From assembly GCF_035285525.1 (NCBI RefSeq), contig NZ_JAYKGW010000234.1, forward strand, positions 1 through 23,824: DNA of 23,824 nt, given 5' to 3'. This DNA is from Okeania sp. (GTDB taxonomy: Bacteria; Cyanobacteriota; Cyanobacteriia; Cyanobacteriales; Microcoleaceae). Shown here piece after piece: positions 16,360 through 23,824 of this stretch. Numbering within the stretch: the stretch's first letter is position 1; each line of letters begins with the position of its first letter. Below the pieces are notes generated by a model. It was not told where the DNA came from and did no database searches. It saw only the letters and a list, made by a program, of their open reading frames with translations. A program made the position numbers and the translations under genes.

Positions 16360-16401
16360 TCCCCTATCCAAGGGGAGGCTTTATACCTAATTTTTTGGTA
16401 A
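16360..16401 (-). repeat. solo IS200/IS605 left-end-like module (TTAC, 21 nt, hairpin)
   Basis: Hairpin TCCCCT/AGGGGA (16360-16376), then exactly 21 nt, then GTAA (16398-16401). Confidence 0.55.
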
Positions 16402-16680
16402 TATTTTGGTCTAATTAATTTAGCAACTTTATCAATTTTTAGAACAATAATTAATTTCAAATTGGTTTAAATTTTGTTTGGTTTAATAGATTAATACCTG
16501 AAGTATTTTGCCTAAGTTTGATAACCATTTAGTTAAAAGGAAATTGCAGAAAAATTAAATATTAGTTAACTATAAGGAAAGTTGGAAAAAGTGAGCATTA
16601 TTCAAGTGAAAACTAGAAAAATTTATGCTGACGAGCAAAAACTTTCCTTAGATCAGGTTGTATTAATTAACTAGGGTTTG

Positions 16681-16876
16681 CCTATGGAAATCTGAAAGGA
16701 TTTTTAGGTAGGGAAAAAGTATCAGTTTTTAGGTCACAAAGGTAAATCAAAAAGTTAGCATAAGAAGGCTCACGCTTAACAGAAAGATTAAAAGAAAATT
16801 CTTCTGTACGGACGTTGCATGGAACGTCCGTACGACTTCCTACCAACTGCAAAAAGACTTTTTCAGGAAACTCTAA
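16681..16876 (-). mobile_element. MITE family 1 copy G (short, degenerate) with a nested palindrome
   Basis: TA|GGGTTTGCC on the left; AAAAAGACTTTTTCAGGAAACTC|TA on the right, which is the reverse complement of the AAAAGTCT end. Confidence 0.55.
16806..16833. repeat. perfect 11-bp-stem palindrome GTACGGACGTT-gcatgg-AACGTCCGTAC
   Basis: Read directly from the sequence. Related imperfect copies lie at 9623-9647 and 23631-23690. Confidence 0.9.
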
Positions 16877-16977
16877 CTACAAAAAAAGACCCACGGGAGC
16901 TTTCCGGCTCACACTGATAAAATTTAATTATTAAATATGTACTTCTTATGATGGGAATCTGCTGTAATTTATTAATA

Positions 16978-17040
16978 TTTAGATGACTTAAATTATTAGC
17001 CAAAGATTTTAATCCTTGGCAAGTTTGGTGAGGTTTGTCA
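16978..17040 (+). repeat. family 6 repeat with palindrome CCAAAGATTTTAATCCTTGG
   Basis: TTAGATGACTTAAATTATTAGCCAAAGATTTTAATCCTTGGCAAG matches 22068-22115. Confidence 0.6.
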
Positions 17041-17102
17041 TCCACTGATGTAAGGTATGAAAAATAATCCTATTGCTGATAGCTGAGGTAGCTAATAGCT
17101 GA

Positions 17103-18284
17103 ATGCTTACTAATATACTTTTTATGACACCACAAAATAATTATTTTTTTCATTCAAAAAAATTATCAATTCTTTTATTAATTTTAGTAATTTTGCTTTT
17201 AGGAGGAACTGCTTGTAATCAAAATAATCAAAGTCAAGAAAACATTTCTGAACAAGCTGTTTCTAGTGAAACAACAGAAAGTGATTTAATCTTAAATGAC
17301 GTTACTCTTGAGGAAGCATCTGAAACAGGTCAAATGTTATGGAGGGTAAAATCTAAACAAGCTTCATATCTACAAGATAAAGAATTAGTGAGAGTAGCTA
17401 AACCTGAAGGTGAATTATTTCGAGATGGAAAATTAGCTTATAAAATTACCGCATTGCAAGGAGAAGTATATCAAGATGCAAATAAAATTCTACTTATAGA
17501 CGAAATACAAGTCGATGATATTCAAAATAAAATAGTTATTAAAGGACAACAATTAGAATGGTTAACTAAATCAGGAATTATTATTGTTCGTAACAATATA
17601 ACAGGTAGTAATGAACAGATACAAGCATCAGCTAAAATGGCAAAAATTATTACTCTAGAAAAAAGAATAGAGTTTTATGGTCAAGTAGCAGCTATGTTTA
17701 AAGAACCTGTAATTAAAATCAAAACAGACGAATTATTTTGGCATATAGAACCGAAAAAATTGATTGCTAATCAACCAGTAAAAATAGAAGAATTGAAAGA
17801 TAAAGAAGTGGTTGGCACTGCTTATAGTGATGAATCAGAATTGAATTTAAAAAGTCAAATAGTTACTCTCAAGAAAAATATACAGTTGCTCCGAACGAAT
17901 CCAAAATTACAAATAAGTAGCGATTTAATTACTTGGAATATTCCCGAAAATTTGGTTGATTCACCAGGAGCTATCACAGTATTAGAACAAGAAGAAAAAG
18001 TCGTTTTACAAGGAAATAAAGGTATAGGAAACTTTCAAAAAAATACTTTTATTTTATCAGGAGATGTGATTGGTGTTGGGCAAAAAAATCAATCTCAATT
18101 TAATAGTGATCGCCTAACTTGGTATGTTAATAATCAAACTTTTGAAGCGGAAGGTAATGTCTTTTATCGTCAAGTCGATCCACCATTTAATGTTAGAGGT
18201 CCAAAAGCAGTAGGGCAACTAAAAAATGAGACAATTATTATTCAAGGTGGTAATAGTAATGTAGTGACAGAAATTATTCCTTAA
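17103..18284 (+). CDS. LptC/OstA-like periplasmic lipoprotein (LPS-transport-related), long cyanobacterial form
   Basis: 393 aa with a hydrophobic signal and LGGTAC lipobox. Repeated beta-rich segments have the LptC-like pattern (LxDVTLEE...GQMLWRVKSKQASY...). ATG 17103 lies inside the repeat motif AGCTGAATGCTTAC, so ATG 17124 (MTPQNN...) is an equally plausible start. Confidence 0.55.
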   Translation: MLTNILFMTPQNNYFFHSKKLSILLLILVILLLGGTACNQNNQSQENISEQAVSSETTESDLILNDVTLEEASETGQMLWRVKSKQASYLQDKELVRVAKPEGELFRDGKLAYKITALQGEVYQDANKILLIDEIQVDDIQNKIVIKGQQLEWLTKSGIIIVRNNITGSNEQIQASAKMAKIITLEKRIEFYGQVAAMFKEPVIKIKTDELFWHIEPKKLIANQPVKIEELKDKEVVGTAYSDESELNLKSQIVTLKKNIQLLRTNPKLQISSDLITWNIPENLVDSPGAITVLEQEEKVVLQGNKGIGNFQKNTFILSGDVIGVGQKNQSQFNSDRLTWYVNNQTFEAEGNVFYRQVDPPFNVRGPKAVGQLKNETIIIQGGNSNVVTEIIP

Positions 18285-18285
18285 T

Positions 18286-18334
18286 GAAGGAAGAAGGAAG
18301 AAGGAAGAAGGAAGAGGGAAGAGGGAAGAGGGAA
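18286..18334 (+). repeat. heptamer array GAAGGAA x4 + GAGGGAA x3
   Basis: Seven units starting 2 nt after the LptC-like stop codon. Confidence 0.95.
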
Positions 18335-18679
18335 GAATTTTCCCTTGATTTTTTTTGGTTGATCCATTTTGTCTGTACATGGCGTTTACAAATAGATACT
18401 TCATTTGCATAAATCTTGTGAATATGATTATATAATCTAATATTCTAGAAACTTTAGAAACTATAGCTAAATAGTTGATAGTTTGTTATTATTAAATCCG
18501 CTAGTATTGGTAGAATTAAAGACCGTAGGGATTTGGTCTCCCAACCCTCTAGAAACTAGAAATTTTTGCTCTTTTCTAATGGTAGAACCTTAATTCTCCA
18601 AAGAAAGCGAATTTGATATAACTGCAGTTTTCTAGATTAGACTAAATAACAACTTGATAAAAAGGAGAAGTTAGTAACC

Positions 18680-19005
18680 AATGGCTACTTATTACTTATA
18701 AAGTACAACTAATCAAAGGCAAGAAAAAGCAACCCCCAGAAATTCATGTTACCATCGAAGTTGATGAGGATACATACATACTTGATGCAGTAGAAGACGC
18801 TCATCCAGACCTAGAATTTCCTTCTTCTTGTCGTGCAGGTTCTTGTTCTAGCTGTGCTGCAAGAATAACGTCAGGAAAAGTCGATCAAGAAGACCAAAAC
18901 TTCTTAGACTACCAGTAGGTAGAAAAGGGGTGGGTATTATTGTGTGTAGCAAAGCCAAAATCTGATTGTGTGATTAAGACTCACCAAGAAGTTTATTTAG
19001 TTTAA
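18680..19005 (+). pseudogene. plant-type [2Fe-2S] ferredoxin pseudogene
   Basis: AAGGAG at 18661 precedes ATG GCT ACT TAT, followed by a 7-bp tandem duplication TACTTAT|TACTTAT (18685-18698) that shifts the frame. The corrected reading is [89 protein letters not shown]... It has an in-frame TAG at 18916-18918, and the cluster ligands CRAGSCSSC...C are intact. Confidence 0.8.
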
Positions 19006-19178
19006 TATCACTGGTAAATAATTGTTGTAGGGACTTCTCATAAAAAGTCTCTATTGGGTTTCTGCATAATAAAATATTTTTGACTAGAATATTAAAGTTT
19101 CAATGTCTCCCCTTTGATAAGAATAAAATACAACTGCCATAACAAATACTGAAATGACTCCAGGATGTTTTCAGTAAA

Positions 19179-19270
19179 TGGGTACTTACGCAGCGACCCT
19201 AGATATGGTGCTTAAAACTCTAGCGCCATAGTTTTTTAACTCTATATATACTACCTTGGCGTAAGTCCTG
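19179..19270. mobile_element. MITE family 2 copy
   Basis: GGGTACTTACGCAGCGACCCTAGATAT...TATATATACTACCTTGGCGTAAGTCCTG. The interior aligns to the 6521 and 20791 copies in reverse orientation. Confidence 0.75.
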
Positions 19271-19276
19271 TAGATG

Positions 19277-19464
19277 GGGACTTAGGCATGATTAACGAGC
19301 TTTAGGAATTTGAGATTGCTTTCCGTTCCGGAATGCTATCCATTCATGTCGCGGAGCGAAACTCTGTCGTTTGCGCTGCGCTGGCGCTGCGCTTTTCATG
19401 TCGCGTAGCGTTTTATGTCGGCTCAAGCGCCGAAAACGCAATGACAAAATTGCGTTGGGCATGG
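19277..19464. mobile_element. family-2-related insertion with a GC-rich interior
   Basis: It is bounded by GGGACTTAGGCATG and CATGGGTAAGTCC. It sits between a 16-bp direct duplication GTAAGTCCTGTAGATG (19261-19276 and 19465-19480). The interior holds TCATGTCGCG(G/T)AGCG twice plus a degenerate third copy. Confidence 0.6.
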
Positions 19465-19484
19465 GTAAGTCCTGTAGATGTTAA

Positions 19485-20591
<1,107 letters not shown>

Positions 20592-20594
<3 letters not shown>

Positions 20595-20950
20595 GGTTTG
20601 TGTCTCTTCAGTCTTTTTTAAGGAGCGGAGAAGTGGGGGATTTAATAATGGATAATTAGGAAGAGGATTGAATAAAAGGAAAAAATTTATTTTTTTCTCC
20701 TTTAAAGGGGAGGGTTCAAGGCACGAATTATTTAATTGTTTAATTATTAATTCTTCGGTATTTTTTTGCTCAACTTTTGTCGAAAATGCTCAGGACTTAC
20801 GCAAAGGTACTGTATACAGAGTTAAAAAACTATTGTAACCTAGTTTTAAGAAGTATATCTAGGGTCGCTGCGTAAGTCCTGATGGTAAATTTTTGATTTT
20901 TCAGGAAATGTACATTAATAGCTGAAAATCAGGTAATTTTTCCCGGTAAT
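20592..20950 (+). mobile_element. MITE family 1 copy H (right end truncated) carrying a nested family 2 MITE
   Basis: TA|GGGTTTGTGTCTCTTCAGTCTTTTTT...GGTAAATTTTTGATTTTTCAGG...CTGAAAATCAGG. The TA plus the first G form the tocopherol cyclase TAG stop. Confidence 0.7.
20791..20881. mobile_element. MITE family 2 copy nested in MITE 1-H
   Basis: CAGGACTTACGC (20791-) pairs with GCGTAAGTCCTG (-20881); 91 bp. Confidence 0.8.
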
Positions 20951-21316
20951 ATTATTTGGTGGGTTATTTCAGTTATCAGTTATATAGAATCCGGTTACAA
21001 GTGTGTATGTTCATAATTTTATCTACACTTCAATCTCCCCATCTCCCACAACTATATAAAGAGTATTCAACCGGATTTTATATTACAGTGGACTCCAGTT
21101 TGGTGAGATACATCCACACGAACTTTCCTACGGAATGCTTTGCAAACGCTAACAGCTATTAGCGATTGTTTTTAGTTGCGCTATAAAAACTTTATTTAAA
21201 CTATTTTCAATTAGGTAGCCTCTTATAGAAGCCCAACTTAAATATTACTACAAAAGTAGAGTGTTGTTGCTGATAACTAAAAGCTAATAGCTTAATGCTT
21301 ACATCAATAATTTGTG

Positions 21317-21417
21317 AAAAAAGACCGTAGGGGTTTGGTTTCCAAATTCCATTTTTGCTATGTTTTGAAAACCAAGCTCCTAGAATAAAATATTAAAACC
21401 TATTTAGGATTGCTATA
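21317..21417 (+). repeat. family 5 repeat, compact copy
   Basis: AAAAAGACCGTAGGGGTTTGGTTTCC...ATTTAGGATTGCTATA. It ends 2 nt before the ATG of the HsdR_N-like pseudogene. Partial relatives lie at 18518-18575, 6720-6745, 12560-12590 and 10825-10845. Confidence 0.6.
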
Positions 21418-21419
21418 TT

Positions 21420-22026
21420 ATGGTTAAAATTATTCAAGACCAGGATATTACTTTAGAATAATTGCCAGAAAAATTCTGACTTCAACTAACAACTAATAGT
21501 CAATTTTTTGGGGAATGGCAAAATAATTTACCTTCTTTAACTGATGAAGAAAAACGCAGTTGAGAAAGAGTTAGAAGTAACTATTTTAACTTAGTTAATC
21601 GTCGCCCTTTATTGGAAGAGGGAGTCAAATTGGTTATTTTAGTGCCTTTACTAGATTTAGCTGGATTTTTTCAACTTCCCTTTTCCATAACAACTGAAAC
21701 TTCTGATAAAGATCATGATGTAATTGTTAGAGGTAGAATAGATCTTTTAGTTCTACAAGAGAAATTGTGGATATTAGTAATTGAATCTAAAAAGACGAAA
21801 TTTAATGTTACGGCAGGTCTACCTCAAGTTCTAGTTTATATGTTGAAAAACTGCCAATAATATTGCCCAAAGTTTGGTTTTTTGCTTAATGGTGAAAACT
21901 TTGTTTTTGTTAAACCTCAAAAAGCAAATGTTCCTATATATATATAGTCGTTCTTATCCTTTTTCTATTGATAGAGAAAATGAATTAGAGCAAGTTTTAG
22001 CAGCTCTCAAAATATTGGTAATTTAA
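21420..22026 (+). pseudogene. HsdR_N-like / PD-(D/E)xK-fold stand-alone protein pseudogene (expanded cyanobacterial family)
   Basis: One continuous frame from ATG 21420 reads MVKIIQDQDITLE*LPEKF*LQLTTNSQFFGEWQNNLPSLTDEEKRS*ERV...GRIDLLVLQEKLWILVIESKK...MLKNCQ*YCPKFGFLLNGENFVFVK. In-frame stops are at 21459 (TAA), 21477 (TGA), 21561 (TGA) and 21858 (TAA). A frameshift in the TA-run near 21940 precedes the C-terminus ...ENELEQVLAALKILVI*. The track ORF 21612-21860 is only its middle part. Confidence 0.7.
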
Positions 22027-22067
22027 GTTATTAGTTATCAATTAATGGTTAATAAATTTAGCGGTCT

Positions 22068-22130
22068 TTAGATGACTTAAGCTTTTAGCCAAGGATTTAA
22101 ATCCTTGGGGAGCCTTGTGGAAATTTTGGA
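22068..22130 (+). repeat. family 6 repeat with perfect palindrome CCAAGGATTTAAATCCTTGG
   Basis: TTAGATGACTTAAGCTTTTAGCCAAGGATTTAAATCCTTGGGGAG; the palindrome is at 22089-22108. Confidence 0.6.
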
Positions 22131-22159
22131 AAGCTAATTAGGATTTTTGGCAGTCAAAT

Positions 22160-22489
22160 TCAACTTTCATTTGGAGGCATATCTTTGTTATTAAATCCCT
22201 GAATTATTGTTTGTATAGCTAAAGAAATTAAACCTAGAGTAACCATTGCACAGACACAGGCAACAAAAGCAATAAATGCTACTACTAAAGTACGAACAGC
22301 AACAGAAATATTCACCACCAAAAAATTATCAGAAATAATAGGTTTACTAGCAAACTTATCAGCAATAGATTGCATTAATAAATATATCAGTATTGCTAAT
22401 CCACCAGAAATTGTCGCACTGGCTAAACATTGTAAAGGGTTGACTTTAGGAGTAGTTTTTTCGTTAGGTTTGGAATTGGAATTTGTCAT
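22160..22489 (-). CDS. small membrane protein, DUF3082-like
   Basis: 109 aa with two hydrophobic helices. NPLQCLASATISGGLAI...AVRTLVVAF matches my memory of DUF3082; this is unverified. It terminates with TGA. Confidence 0.65.
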   Translation of the reverse strand: MTNSNSKPNEKTTPKVNPLQCLASATISGGLAILIYLLMQSIADKFASKPIISDNFLVVNISVAVRTLVVAFIAFVACVCAMVTLGLISLAIQTIIQGFNNKDMPPNES

Positions 22490-22731
22490 TTTACTTATTA
22501 ATTATCAGTTTAAATTGAAAAAAATTCGTAAGCTTTTAGCTAGCATCCTGGGTCGGAACTGCGTAATTCAGCAATAAAATCCTATGTTTGAAAGATAGCT
22601 TTTAAGTGAATATAGAATTTAGAGCTGACTTTTATAGTCAAATTTTTCTAAATTAATAAAGCTTTTATCACTCAGTAAAAGCAATAGTTAATAGTTGATG
22701 TTTGACGGCTGAATGCTTACAAAAATTCTAA

Positions 22732-23424
22732 TTATGAATTAGATTTTGCCGTTAATTTATTGACAAAATTTTGATATTCTAAAGATTTTAATCCCTCCTG
22801 TAAAGTTGCTAATATTTGAGCTAAATCTCCTGTAATTAAAGCTGTTATATTTAACCAGAATCCAGGAAAAGATTCACTACAAATAATACCTTTTTCATTG
22901 GGTTTAATTGAAATATATTTGCCTTTTTTTAACCGAAACCAATCAAATTCTCCATCATAAACTCGTCAAACTAAATATTCTTGAACTTGATTACGTCGGT
23001 AAACTTTTAATTTGTCATGTAGGTCAATAGAAGTGGTACTAGCTGATATTTCTACAATTAATTCTGGCGCACCTTCTACATAGCCATCTTTGCTAATTGT
23101 AGATTGTCCATTTTCCAAAACTCTGAGTAAAGCATCAGGTTGAAATTCATTATCAGCATCAAGACGTACTGTACAATTATCTCCTACTTCAATTCCTGAT
23201 GTGGCTAGCCAGTATGTGCCTAAACAAGCCATAATAAGAGCATGAGGATTACCATGTTGTCTAATTCGTAATGCTGATGCGATATAAACTATTCCTTCAA
23301 TTAATTCAGCTTTTTTAACATGAGGCATTTGTTCATAACGCTCTTCAAATTCAAAGCACGTTAGTCGGTCTCCATTTTCCAGGGGTGGAATTGTTTTTTG
23401 GGGTCTTAATATAGTTTGAGACAT
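22732..23424 (-). pseudogene. Uma2 (DUF820) family endonuclease with a single in-frame TGA
   Basis: The track ORF 22966-23424 ends ...VQEYLV*. The same frame continues RVYDGEFDWFRLKKGKYISIKPNEKGIICSESFPGFWLNITALITGDL... to TAA at 22732-22734. The TGA (22966-22968) sits where this family has a conserved Trp (EYWxV), so it is a TGG->TGA change. Confidence 0.8.
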
Positions 23425-23432
23425 GGCAATTT

Positions 23433-23463
23433 CAGTTATCAGTTATCAGTTATCAGTTATCAG
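23433..23463 (-). repeat. heptamer array (ATAACTG)x4 plus a partial unit on the Uma2 strand
   Basis: Four perfect CAGTTAT units plus CAG, 8 nt from the Uma2 ATG. Confidence 0.95.
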
Positions 23464-23509
23464 CTTTTTGACTTATACCATTTCTCCATGAAGTTGCGCT
23501 TAATAAAAG

Positions 23510-23551
23510 CAGGACTTACACAAAGGTACTATATATAGTGTATCGGTGCGT
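23510..23551. mobile_element. MITE family 2 left arm only
   Basis: CAGGACTTACACAAAGGTACTATATATAGTG matches the first ~40 nt of the 20791 copy, after which similarity stops. Confidence 0.6.
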
Positions 23552-23616
23552 TGTGCGTTGTGCGCTAACATACCCTACTGGACCGTTTCATAATGGTGCA
23601 TTAGGAAGACACCGTA

Positions 23617-23723
23617 GGGGCGGGTTTTACCGTAGGGACGTTGCATAACAAAAATGCGCTTCATGTCGCGCAGCGATACGTCCCTACAACGAGTTTTACA
23701 AGTCAACTAGATAAACCCGCCCC
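23617..23723. repeat. family 3 GGGGCGGGTTT palindromic element
   Basis: GGGGCGGGTTT at 23617-23627 pairs with AAACCCGCCCC at 23713-23723. The interior contains GTAGGGACGTTGCAT...CGTCCCTAC. Confidence 0.7.
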
Positions 23724-23746
23724 CAGTGATATAAGCCAACGTTTCC

Positions 23747-23803
23747 GGGGCGGGTTTATATAAATCCTAGAAATCTATGAAAATTTCCGATCAAACCCGC
23801 CCC
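23747..23803. repeat. family 3 GGGGCGGGTTT palindromic element (short)
   Basis: GGGGCGGGTTT at 23747-23757 pairs with AAACCCGCCCC at 23793-23803. Confidence 0.7.
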
Positions 23804-23824
23804 TACCTATTGCACCATTTTAGA

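Larger units (their letters stand above)
23591..23822. mobile_element. MITE-like element (TIR TAATGGTGCATTAGG / CCTATTGCACCATTTTA) containing family 3 palindromes
   Basis: Imperfect ~15-bp inverted termini at 23591-23605 and 23806-23822. It reaches the window edge. Confidence 0.45.

Noticed and set aside
16806-16833. GC-rich palindromes (16806-16833, 9623-9647, 23631-23690) as group II intron domain V or intrinsic terminators
   Set aside because: They are perfect palindromes without the domain V bulge and AGC triad. No intron-encoded RT or 5' GUGYG context is present. No T-run follows them on either strand. They belong to a dispersed repeat family.
16863-17045. 60-aa ORF on the minus strand
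   Set aside because: It covers the end of MITE copy G and the family 6 palindromic repeat, which is also present at 22068-22130 in non-coding context.
18219-18410. 63-aa ORF on the minus strand
   Set aside because: It overlaps the LptC-like 3' end in antisense. Its peptide (LPSSLFPLPSSFFLLPS) is a translation of the GAAGGAA heptamer array.
18685-18698. Programmed +1/-1 frameshift in the ferredoxin gene
   Set aside because: The shift is caused by an exact 7-bp tandem duplication at codon 5 with no slippery-site or pseudoknot context. A separate TAG further downstream also disables the gene.
20956-21162. 68-aa ORF on the plus strand
   Set aside because: It starts in a heptamer remnant, contains an inverted repeat (GAATCCGGTT...AACCGGATTT) and repeat motif CGGAATGC, and has no SD or family resemblance.
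22966-22968. In-frame TGA/TAA/TAG codons as evidence for stop-codon reassignment, selenocysteine or programmed recoding
   Set aside because: All three stop codons terminate the intact genes here (TAA is most common; TAG ends tocopherol cyclase and the DUF2996-like gene; TGA ends the DUF3082-like gene). The interrupted genes also carry frameshifts and mixed stop types. I saw no SECIS-like hairpin after the TGA. Ordinary pseudogenisation is the simpler explanation.

Overview
This is an AT-rich, very repeat-dense cyanobacterial chromosomal segment. Cyanobacterial origin is supported by six HIP1 palindromes (GCGATCGC at 615, 4201, 8107, 9707, 12014, 19570), a petC-petA operon, tocopherol cyclase and several small proteins I recognise as cyanobacteria-restricted. 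The low G+C, heptamer (STRR-like) arrays, many pseudogenes and large non-coding fraction resemble Trichodesmium-type genomes, but that is inference only. I support 15 apparently intact, mostly housekeeping genes: petA (partial), petC, a DUF3067-like gene, a csaA-like gene, tatC, gpsA, a lipoprotein, a 296-305 aa unknown, a DUF2996-like gene, an alpha/beta hydrolase, metG, a LabA/NYN gene, an LptC-like gene, tocopherol cyclase and a DUF3082-like gene. Together they cover a little under half of the window. There are four pseudogenes: an internally deleted tnpB, a [2Fe-2S] ferredoxin, an HsdR_N-like nuclease-fold gene and a Uma2/DUF820 nuclease. I found no rRNA, tRNA, CRISPR array, intact transposase or recognisable multi-gene defence or biosynthetic operon. 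The unusual content is non-genic. (1) A TA-flanked MITE family (TIR GGGTTTGC) has about 11 copies or fragments. They abut start and stop codons and carry hypervariable G-rich tandem arrays. (2) A gutted IS200/IS605-type element keeps its TTAC/hairpin left end and a GC-rich omega-RNA-like tail, and there are solo TTAC-21nt-hairpin modules elsewhere. (3) (ATAACTG)n arrays, always sense to the downstream gene, close all three frames directly before start codons. (4) At least four further small nested repeat families are present. All homology calls come from reading motifs by eye. No database search, folding or statistics was run, and I did not find a convincing novel protein-coding system.
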